Below are positions 1 through 6,955 of a stretch of 28,196 nt of DNA, in pieces (the stretch's first letter is position 1; every line of letters begins with the position of its first letter). The notes beneath the pieces are model-generated. The model did not search any database. It saw nothing but the letters and a program-made list of their open reading frames with translations, and was not told the origin of the DNA. The position numbers and the translations under genes were made by a program. The DNA comes from Candidatus Iainarchaeum sp. (GTDB lineage Archaea; Iainarchaeota; Iainarchaeia; Iainarchaeales; Iainarchaeaceae): the NCBI GenBank assembly GCA_038895675.1, contig JAWANB010000007.1, forward strand, positions 1 through 28,196, in the 5' to 3' direction.

Positions 1-81
1 AGAAAATTAGGTTTTGTAGTAGACTTATTTATTAAAAAAATGAAAGAAGCAAAAGACCAAATAAAAAGAGAGCTCACATAA
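1..81 (+). CDS. Possible 3' end of a gene running in from outside the window (RKLGFVVDLFIKKMKEAKDQIKRELT*)
   Basis: Frame 1 is open from base 1 to TAA at 79-81 and reads as a plausible amphipathic helix. Too short to identify. Confidence 0.4.
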   Translation, partial: RKLGFVVDLFIKKMKEAKDQIKRELT

Positions 82-97
82 TTTGCTTGACTTTAAT

Positions 98-105
98 TTT
101 ATAAA
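98..105 (+). promoter_or_regulatory. Putative archaeal TATA box for the tRNA-Cys gene
   Basis: TTTATAAA lies 27-34 nt upstream of the first tRNA base (G132). Confidence 0.55.
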
Positions 106-173
106 TTTCATGCTATTTCAATTAAATAACCGCTGGGATGACAGAGCGGCCATGTACTCGCCTGCAGTAACCC

Positions 174-272
174 TTTTCTTTCCTTTTTACCAAGGAAAGA
201 AAAGCGTTAACGGAAAAGAAAGGTGGTGTTTTTTTCTTTCCTTTTTACCAAGGAAAGAAAAGCGTTAACGGA
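174..272 (+). repeat. Two identical 41-bp hairpin units (type A) inside the tRNA intron
   Basis: TTTTCTTTCCTTTTTACCAAGGAAAGAAAAGCGTTAACGGA at 174-214 and 232-272. Stem (C)TTTTCTTTCCTT/AAGGAAAGAAAA(G), loop TTTACC. Confidence 0.95.
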
Positions 273-276
273 TAAC

Positions 277-404
277 CCTTTTTTGCTGGTCGCAAAAAAG
301 CGTTAACGGAAATGGTATTAGTCCTTTTTTGCTGGTCGCAAAAAAGCGTTAACGGAAATGGTATTAGTCCTTTTTTGCTGGTCGCAAAAAAGCGTTAACG
401 GAAA
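277..404 (+). repeat. 46-bp tandem repeat (2.8 copies) of hairpin unit type B inside the tRNA intron
   Basis: CCTTTTTTGCTGGTCGCAAAAAAGCGTTAACGGAAATGGTATTAGT at 277-322 and 323-368, partial at 369-404. Stem CTTTTTTGC/GCAAAAAAG, loop TGGTC. Confidence 0.95.
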
Positions 405-504
405 AAATTCAATAAATAATTTGCGGCAAGCGAGCAAGGAGGGTTCGACTCCCTCTCCCAGCTTATTTTATATTTATAAAAATACATTATAATGAGTAGC
501 TAAT

Positions 505-882
505 ATGCAAGAAATTTATTCTCCATTTCAAAGAGCTTTGTTAGTAATTTTTCTTATTTTATTATATTTCGCGTTTCAAATTTCAATAGTATTTGGCATT
601 GTAGGGCCTTATTTTTGCCTATTAATTTTTTTTGCTGTGATGACGTTTATAACAAAAAAGCGTTCTGAATATTCTTACAAACCAAGCGACAATGAAGAAT
701 TTGCAAAATTTATAGACAAAAATGTAGAACTGATAATTATTTTGAGTCATTTATTCTTCTCTTTACTCGGTTTAGTAAGCATTTTTATTGTTCAAGACAT
801 TGTACATAAAATACTAATATTTTTAATCGCGATTGGATTTATTGTTAACGGAGTGATAGCTTATAATAAGGTAAAGCACTAA
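505..882 (+). CDS. Hypothetical membrane protein (about 4 TM segments)
   Basis: 125-aa ATG ORF with four hydrophobic stretches. TTTATAAA lies about 25-30 nt upstream. Confidence 0.7.
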   Translation: MQEIYSPFQRALLVIFLILLYFAFQISIVFGIVGPYFCLLIFFAVMTFITKKRSEYSYKPSDNEEFAKFIDKNVELIIILSHLFFSLLGLVSIFIVQDIVHKILIFLIAIGFIVNGVIAYNKVKH

Positions 883-885
883 AAA

Positions 886-1204
886 GTGATTTGCATATGT
901 TTTTTTTCTGTTTACAATATAAAAACAACTTTAATATTGATTCTCCTTTTGTTTTTGTTTATTGGTTGTTTTACTAATAAAAATAGTCAAATAAACCAAG
1001 AAACAGCCAAATAGTATTATAAGTAATAGCAACGGAGTGCTCGTATATACTTATTATAATCTAAATGTAATCTATGTTCTATGGCGACACGACAATAAAT
1101 TAATTAGATTCTCACTAAACAAAAAGCTTTTTGATAGTGAAGGTTTCAGCAATCCAGTGATCCAAAAGTATATTAATAAATTTCCACCTAACCAAGACAA
1201 TTAA
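886..1204 (+). pseudogene. Frameshifted remnant of a secreted/lipoprotein-like gene
   Basis: 886-1014 encodes a signal-like segment IKTTLILILLLFLFIGC then stops. An overlapping second frame is open 995-1204 (PNSIISNSNGVLVYTYYNLNVIYVLWRHDNKLIRFSL...IQKYINKFPPNQDN*) without its own ATG. Confidence 0.5.
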
Positions 1205-1213
1205 AGTTTGCGC

Positions 1214-3865
1214 TTATAATTTTTTGTTGTTCGTGAATTTTTGTATTTCCATTATAGCAAACCCAACTAAAGAAATACCAAGTATTGTTGCCCAATCAAT
1301 TAGGCTTATTGAAGTAGTGTTGAATATTTTTTGCATTGGCTCAAAATAAATTATTAATATTTGCAATAATATTGAAGAAGCTATTCCTAACACGAGCATT
1401 CTGTTTTGCAAAATATTATTGAGGCTTTTCAGAGGCTCTGAACTTCTGCTCCCTATTGCTGCAAACATTTGTAATACTACTAATGTTGTGAACGCCATTG
1501 TTTGAGCTTTTGTAATCCCCTGATTCAAGTAAGCGTAAAATAGTATAAAACTAAAGAAACCCATTATTAAGCCAAAAGTAATTATCATTCTCAAGTTTTC
1601 TTTATTCAATGGTTCTTCTTCGGCCTTTATTGGAGGCTTTTCAAGCATGTTTTGCTTTGTTTTTTCAAAACTTAATCCTATTGCAGGCAAGCCATCAGTA
1701 AGTAAGTTCATTGTTAGTATTTGTAGTGGTGTTAGTGGAAATGGCAAGTTTGCAAGCATTGTTGATACTACTATAACAACTTCTCCTAAATTGCATGACA
1801 ACAGATATTTTGTTGAGTTAATTATTTTTTCATAAACATTTTTTCCTTCATTTATTCCTATTATTATTGTTGTAAAATTATCATCCGCTATTGTTGCGCT
1901 TGAAACTTCTTTAGCTACATCTGTTCCAGTTATTCCCATTGATATTCCTAAATCAGCATTTTTTAGTGCAGGAGCATCATTTACTCCATCGCCTGTCATG
2001 GCCACTATTTTTCCTTGTTTTTTTAGAGCCTTTATTATTCTAAGTTTTTGAATAGGTAGTGTTCTCGCTATTATGCTTGTATCTTTTATTATTCTTTCTA
2101 ATTCTTCATCGCTCATTGCTTCTATTTCTTCGCCTGTGATTACTTTGTCCCCTTCTTCATACAAACCTATTTTTTCAGCTATTGCCTTTGCAGTTTCTTT
2201 ATGATCGCCTGTTATCATTATTACTTTTATTCCTGATTTTTTTGCCTGTTCTATTGCTTCTTTTACTTTTTCTCTTGGTGGATCTATCATCCCAACCAAA
2301 CCTAAAAATGTGAGGTTTGATTCGACTTTTTCTACTTCTTGAAAGTCTTCTTTGATTTCTTTGTACGCAAAACCTATTACTCTTAACGCCTCTTTCCCGA
2401 ATTTCAAGTTTGTTTCCAAAATTTGTTGTTTATCCTTTTTTGTTAGTTTGATTTCTTTGTTTTCCTTTACTATTTTTATGCTTTCTCTTAAAACAATGTC
2501 AGGTGCACCTTTTACTAAAACTAATTTCTTTCCATTTTCTTCTATTATAACGCTCATCATTTTTCTTTCTGAGTCAAAAGGAAACTCTTTTACTTTTTTT
2601 GTTTTTTGTTTTTCTTTTTCAACGTCAAAACCGAACTTTTCTGCGAGAACAAGTAATGATGCTTCCGTCGGGTCTCCTATGACTATTGTTTTTTGTTGAT
2701 TTCTAATTATTTTTGCGTCATTGCAAAGTACTGCTGTTTTTGCAATAATTTGTAATGCTTTGTCATTTTCTGGTTTAGGTGTTATTTTTCCTTCTTTCGT
2801 GTAACCCGAGCCAGTTATTTCATATTCTTTTTGTGTTGTGTAAACTTTTGTTACAGTCATTTCATTTTTTGTTAGAGTACCTGTTTTGTCGGTACAAATA
2901 ACATTTATCTGTCCTAAAGTTTGTATGGCGTCTAGTTTTCTTATTATCATTTTCTTTTTTGTGAGTTCTTGAGCGCCTAAAGCCAAGCTTATTGTTACTA
3001 TTGCTGGTAGAGAATTAGGCACTGCTGCAACAGCCAAACTGAGTGAAAAAATAAGTAATTGTGTTGTTTCTAAATTGCCTTTTAGTGTTCCTAATAGAAA
3101 TATTGCGATTATTATTAAGATTACTATCGCTCCTATTGTTTTTGAAAGTTTTTCAAACTTTTGTTCAAGCAAAGTTTTTGTTCTTTCTGTTTTTGATAAT
3201 GATGCTGCTATTTTTCCAAATTCTGTGTTATTCCCTGTCGCTATTACTATTGCTTTTCCTTTCCCGTAGGTTACTATTGTTCCCATGTACGCCATGTTTT
3301 CTCTATCCGCAACTTCACAATTCTCTTTTAGCGGTTCTACAATTTTTTTTGAGGGTATTGATTCTCCAGTAAGACTTGATTCATCTATTTGTAAGTTTGT
3401 TTCTTCGAATATTCTCGAATCAGCAGGAACAATGTCTCCAGATTCTAAAGCTATTATATCTCCCGGTACTAAGTATTTTACGGGAATAATTTTAGTTTCT
3501 CCATCTCTTATTACTTTTGCTTTTGGCGCTGTTAGTTTTTGGAGTTTTTCCATTGCCTTTTCTGCTCTGTATTCTTGGAAAAAGCCAAGTATTGCTGAAA
3601 TAAATATAACGAATATTATTGCAAGCGTTTCTAATATTTCGTGTAGAATTGCCGATACTATGGCTGCTATGAAAAGTAATATTATTAAGACGTTTTTGAA
3701 TTGGTCTAAAAGTATTTCAGTCCATTCTCTTTTTTTTTGTTTTTGGAATTCGTTATAACCATGTTCTTGAAGTTTTTGTTTTGCTTTTTCTTCAGTTAAA
3801 CCATTTTCGCTGGTTTCAAAAAACTCCATTACTTTTTTGTAATCTTGCGCGTGAAAGTTTTGCAT
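1214..3865 (-). CDS. P2-type cation-transporting P-type ATPase (Ca2+-ATPase-like) with an atypical M4 motif
   Basis: TGES, DKTGTLT phosphorylation site, KGAP, MITGD, GDGVND, M5 SCNLGE and M6 NLLTDGLP are present. M4 reads AAVPNSLP instead of PEGLP. Confidence 0.93.
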   Translation of the reverse strand: MQNFHAQDYKKVMEFFETSENGLTEEKAKQKLQEHGYNEFQKQKKREWTEILLDQFKNVLIILLFIAAIVSAILHEILETLAIIFVIFISAILGFFQEYRAEKAMEKLQKLTAPKAKVIRDGETKIIPVKYLVPGDIIALESGDIVPADSRIFEETNLQIDESSLTGESIPSKKIVEPLKENCEVADRENMAYMGTIVTYGKGKAIVIATGNNTEFGKIAASLSKTERTKTLLEQKFEKLSKTIGAIVILIIIAIFLLGTLKGNLETTQLLIFSLSLAVAAVPNSLPAIVTISLALGAQELTKKKMIIRKLDAIQTLGQINVICTDKTGTLTKNEMTVTKVYTTQKEYEITGSGYTKEGKITPKPENDKALQIIAKTAVLCNDAKIIRNQQKTIVIGDPTEASLLVLAEKFGFDVEKEKQKTKKVKEFPFDSERKMMSVIIEENGKKLVLVKGAPDIVLRESIKIVKENKEIKLTKKDKQQILETNLKFGKEALRVIGFAYKEIKEDFQEVEKVESNLTFLGLVGMIDPPREKVKEAIEQAKKSGIKVIMITGDHKETAKAIAEKIGLYEEGDKVITGEEIEAMSDEELERIIKDTSIIARTLPIQKLRIIKALKKQGKIVAMTGDGVNDAPALKNADLGISMGITGTDVAKEVSSATIADDNFTTIIIGINEGKNVYEKIINSTKYLLSCNLGEVVIVVSTMLANLPFPLTPLQILTMNLLTDGLPAIGLSFEKTKQNMLEKPPIKAEEEPLNKENLRMIITFGLIMGFFSFILFYAYLNQGITKAQTMAFTTLVVLQMFAAIGSRSSEPLKSLNNILQNRMLVLGIASSILLQILIIYFEPMQKIFNTTSISLIDWATILGISLVGFAIMEIQKFTNNKKL

Positions 3866-3893
3866 TCTAATCCTATAAAATTAGATTTTTGTG

Positions 3894-3937
3894 TTTAAAA
3901 GTCTATTTGGTATGGGTCTGGGAGTTTGTAGTCGTCT
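3894..3937. repeat. 44-bp direct repeat, copy 1 (duplicate of the pyrH 3' end)
   Basis: TTTAAAAGTCTATTTGGTATGGGTCTGGGAGTTTGTAGTCGTCT, identical to 6912-6955. Confidence 0.97.
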
Positions 3938-4058
3938 CGTGGTTTTTTTTTGTTTTTTTTCACAGGACAATTTTTTCATAAGGTAATGAATTTCTATATA
4001 ATACCTCTAAAAAATAAGTTAATAAAGTATTCTCTTGTATTCTTTTGTATGTGATTAG

Positions 4059-4385
4059 ATGGTTAAAAAATTAGCTAACATTAAAATTGTTTTCACTCTA
4101 CTAATTAAAGAGTCTATTTTAGATAATCTTCAAAAAATTTTGGAATTATTCAAATTCGATAAAAAATATATGGGTAGATATACCGTAGAGAGTCATTTAA
4201 ACGATTTATGCGTGGGTGTTTTTATTATATTGCTTAAGATTAACTTAACTCTATTAATGGGTGTAAAAAAATTGAAAGAAATAACAAAAATGGTAATCAC
4301 TTATAGTGTTCTACTAAAAAAAAGAAAAGAAAAAATATTTTCATTAGTTAAGAAATCAACAATCATTAGCTATTTCGCCAGATGA
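4059..4385 (+). CDS. Hypothetical protein or degraded gene remnant upstream of the helicase
   Basis: 108-aa ATG ORF ending 4 nt before the helicase start. No recognisable motif, and the C-terminal half looks like an off-frame read. Confidence 0.3.
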   Translation: MVKKLANIKIVFTLLIKESILDNLQKILELFKFDKKYMGRYTVESHLNDLCVGVFIILLKINLTLLMGVKKLKEITKMVITYSVLLKKRKEKIFSLVKKSTIISYFAR

Positions 4386-4389
4386 TAAC

Positions 4390-6909
4390 ATGAATTTATC
4401 CAAAGAAAAATTAGAAATATTAAAAGATACTTTTCATAATATAAAAATTGTTGCTGGCCCTGGCTCAGGAAAGACAACATTATTAATAGAAAAAATAAAA
4501 TTGTTAGTTCAAGAAGGAGTTCATCCTGAAAGAATACTATTAGTTACTTATACTAATAAATCTTCTAAAGACTTGTTTTACAAACTCAGCCAGAACATTC
4601 CAAATAAAAGAAATTTTTATATTGGTACCATCCATAAATTTTGCACTATTTTTATGCGACAGAATCCACAGTTTTTTTTAAAGTATAAAGATTTTGAAGT
4701 TTTAGATGAATATCGTCAATTTTTATTTTTTAAAAAATTTATTCGTAAAATAAAACCCCTTGGTTCTCGTTTAGAAATTTCAGAATTGCGGGATTATTTT
4801 GGCAGAATAAAAGACAATTATTTTTTTGAAGAAATAGAAAAAACTTATTTCGATTTAAAAGATTATTATTTGAATTATTGTAAAATTTTGGAAAAGAAAA
4901 AAAAGTTTGATTTTGGAGATTTAATCCACGTTGTGATAAAAGAAATAAAGTCAAATAAAGATCTTCAAACAATTGCAAAAAACAAATTTGATTATATATT
5001 TGTAGATGAATATCAAGATATAAATAGAGTTCAAGAGGCATTGTTGAAACTATTCCTAAGAGAAAGCAACAAGATTTGGGTAGTTGGAGATAAAAATCAA
5101 AGCATTTATGGTTTCAGAGGAAGCAATTTAAAACTTTTTGACGATTTTGAAAAAAATTTTCCAAACGTAAAAACTTACACTATAAAGAAAAATTACAGAT
5201 CAACGCAAAAAATAATAGATTTTTCGAATTTCTTTATGGATTTGAAAGAACCTGTTTTAGGTAATTTAGATTCCAGTGATGGCAGTATTACTCCGAAAGG
5301 AAGTAAAGTTCTAATAAAAGATTTTGATTGTGAAAAAGCCGAACTTAAATGGTTTGTTGAATATATTAAAAAGCTAAAAAAAGAAAAAATTATACAAAAT
5401 TATTCTGATATCGGGGTTCTTTTTAAAAGTATAAAACACCAAGCCAAAACTCATATAAAGTCATTAGAGGAAGAGAATATTCCAGTAGAAGTTTTAGGCT
5501 ATAGTGATCTCTCAAATTTAAACTATATCAAAGAAATATTATGTGTTTTTAAAGAATTTAATAATAATTCACGAATTTCAAATAAATTTCTAGAACTTGA
5601 AGTGTCTAAAGGATTTAATTCGAAAAGACCATTAGATTTGCTTTACGAAATTCTTTCAAATTCAAACTGGTTCAAAAATAAAATCAAGAATAATGACGAT
5701 AATGTTTTATTCAACATAGCGAGCCTTTCTAAAATATTAGAAATTTATCAATCGACATTTAATACAAACTTAGACGAATTTTACAAATATTTTAAAAATG
5801 AATTTATTGATTATTTTGATACTGAAAGACCAAAAAATACAAATTCGGTAAAAGTTTTGACGTTTCATAAGTCAAAAGGTTTAGAATTTCCAATAGTAAT
5901 AATTCCCAGAGTTGACAAAAATTTTTTTGCTAAAAAAGAAAAAGATTTTCTTCACTCTCTATTCCCTGATTATGATTCAACTGCTGATTTTAAAAGAGCA
6001 AAATATGTTGCAATAACTCGCGCAAGAGATTTATTAGTTTTTTCATCTGTTAGAGGCCCACCTATTGAATTAATAAAAAATCGAACTTTAGTCTACGTTA
6101 GTAGTAATATCGCAAACAACATTTTAATGCAAACTGAGGAAATTCCAAAAGTCAGATCAGTTAAGGAAAAAGAAGAGATTATAACTTTAAATCATTATAA
6201 ATTAGAAGAATTTTTGAAATGTCCTTTTTCTTATAAATTAAGATTTTATAACAAGTTTTCTGTTCTTTCTAATTATGCATTAATTTATGGTGCTAAATTG
6301 CATGGTGCAGTATATCGTTTAAATTTATTAATAAACAAAGAAAATATAAACAAGGATTTAGAGGACTTAATTAAACAATCAAAATATGAATCTCAATTAA
6401 AAGAGAAATTAGAGCGGTATCTTATTGATTTTAATGAGGAAACAAAAGATGCTCTTCTTTTTCCAGAAAAAACATTTTATTCAATCGTGGATGGGGTGAT
6501 TATTAAGGGTAAAATAGATTTATTAATACAAAAATCTGATGATGTCAAAATTATTTGTGAATTTAAATCGGGTAGCTATAACAAAATTTTTGAAGAAAAA
6601 GCAAAGAGACAATTAGAATTATACTTTTTGGCACTTAACGATTCAAAAATAAAAAAAGGCATTATTTATTTTTTCGGAAATCCTAGTAAGAAAATAGTTT
6701 TTGACTTTAGTCCTCAAACTAATTTAAAACTCATGGAAATTCTGAATAAAATTAAGTTAAAAAATTTTGAACCAGATACAAAAAATTGTAACTTGTTAAA
6801 TAAATGTGTTTTTGCTAAAATTTGCCCTCATTATAATAAAGACGCAATTAATGGTATTAATGAATATTATGAAGATGATAATACTGATTTAGAGCTCGAT
6901 GATTATTAA
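4390..6909 (+). CDS. UvrD/PcrA-family SF1A helicase fused to a C-terminal PD-(D/E)XK nuclease with a predicted Fe-S cluster
   Basis: Helicase motifs AGPGSGKT, VDEYQD, VGDKNQSIYGFRG, NYRS, TFHKSKGLEF and YVAITRAR. Nuclease motifs GKIDLL, EFKSG and QLELY. Cys pattern KCP...C-x5-C-x5-C resembles AddB/Cas4. Confidence 0.92.
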   Translation: MNLSKEKLEILKDTFHNIKIVAGPGSGKTTLLIEKIKLLVQEGVHPERILLVTYTNKSSKDLFYKLSQNIPNKRNFYIGTIHKFCTIFMRQNPQFFLKYKDFEVLDEYRQFLFFKKFIRKIKPLGSRLEISELRDYFGRIKDNYFFEEIEKTYFDLKDYYLNYCKILEKKKKFDFGDLIHVVIKEIKSNKDLQTIAKNKFDYIFVDEYQDINRVQEALLKLFLRESNKIWVVGDKNQSIYGFRGSNLKLFDDFEKNFPNVKTYTIKKNYRSTQKIIDFSNFFMDLKEPVLGNLDSSDGSITPKGSKVLIKDFDCEKAELKWFVEYIKKLKKEKIIQNYSDIGVLFKSIKHQAKTHIKSLEEENIPVEVLGYSDLSNLNYIKEILCVFKEFNNNSRISNKFLELEVSKGFNSKRPLDLLYEILSNSNWFKNKIKNNDDNVLFNIASLSKILEIYQSTFNTNLDEFYKYFKNEFIDYFDTERPKNTNSVKVLTFHKSKGLEFPIVIIPRVDKNFFAKKEKDFLHSLFPDYDSTADFKRAKYVAITRARDLLVFSSVRGPPIELIKNRTLVYVSSNIANNILMQTEEIPKVRSVKEKEEIITLNHYKLEEFLKCPFSYKLRFYNKFSVLSNYALIYGAKLHGAVYRLNLLINKENINKDLEDLIKQSKYESQLKEKLERYLIDFNEETKDALLFPEKTFYSIVDGVIIKGKIDLLIQKSDDVKIICEFKSGSYNKIFEEKAKRQLELYFLALNDSKIKKGIIYFFGNPSKKIVFDFSPQTNLKLMEILNKIKLKNFEPDTKNCNLLNKCVFAKICPHYNKDAINGINEYYEDDNTDLELDDY

Positions 6910-6911
6910 AC

Positions 6912-6955
6912 TTTAAAAGTCTATTTGGTATGGGTCTGGGAGTTTGTAGTCGTCT
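6912..6955. repeat. 44-bp direct repeat, copy 2 (last 13 codons and stop of pyrH)
   Basis: Identical to 3894-3937. Encodes DDYKLPDPYQIDF* on the minus strand. Confidence 0.97.

Larger units (their letters stand above)
168..428 (+). other. 261-nt tRNA intron at position 37/38 with a bulge-helix-bulge splice motif
   Basis: Central 4-bp helix CTGC(162-165)/GCGG(423-426), with one G-U pair. Two 3-nt bulges, AG^T (166-168) and CA^A (427-429). Flanked by the anticodon stem and A169-A170/T421-T422. Cleavage after the second bulge base gives exactly the 37/38 junction. Confidence 0.9.
132..463 (+). tRNA. tRNA-Cys(GCA), intron-containing; exons 132-167 and 429-463; CCA not encoded
   Basis: Acceptor stem GCTGGGA(132-138)/TCCCAGC(456-462). 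D arm ACA..TGT with GG in the loop. Anticodon stem CTCGC(157-161)/GCGAG(430-434), loop CT-GCA-G|A. T arm GAGGG-TTCGACT-CCCTC (439-455). Discriminator U73 (T463) and G37 are typical of tRNA-Cys. The spliced product is 71 nt. Confidence 0.95.
3894..6955. mobile_element. Putative genomic islet inserted at the 3' end of pyrH (att-like direct repeats, no integrase)
   Basis: Bounded by exact 44-bp direct repeats. The cargo is opposite in orientation to the flanking genes, is visibly more AT/A-rich, and lacks the T/G skew of the flanks. Confidence 0.7.

Noticed and set aside
83..268. 61-aa ORF in the supplied track
   Set aside because: It overlaps the tRNA 5' exon and the intron repeats, starts with TTG, and its repeated peptide simply mirrors the DNA repeat.
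173..392. Intrinsic terminators
   Set aside because: The hairpins lie inside the tRNA precursor, and the U-rich tracts form the 5' arm of each stem rather than trailing it. An effect of the T tracts on archaeal transcription is not excluded.
174..404. CRISPR array
   Set aside because: The constant part is only 15 nt, spacing is irregular (58/38/46/46), the intervening sequences are duplicated hairpins rather than unique spacers, and no cas operon is present.
168..428. Box C/D guide RNA or homing endonuclease in the intron
   Set aside because: No RUGAUGA/CUGA boxes and no credible ORF were seen.
6190..6830. Cas4 / CRISPR adaptation gene
   Set aside because: The Cas4-like Cys and nuclease pattern is the C-terminal domain of a UvrD fusion, and there is no cas1, cas2 or array.
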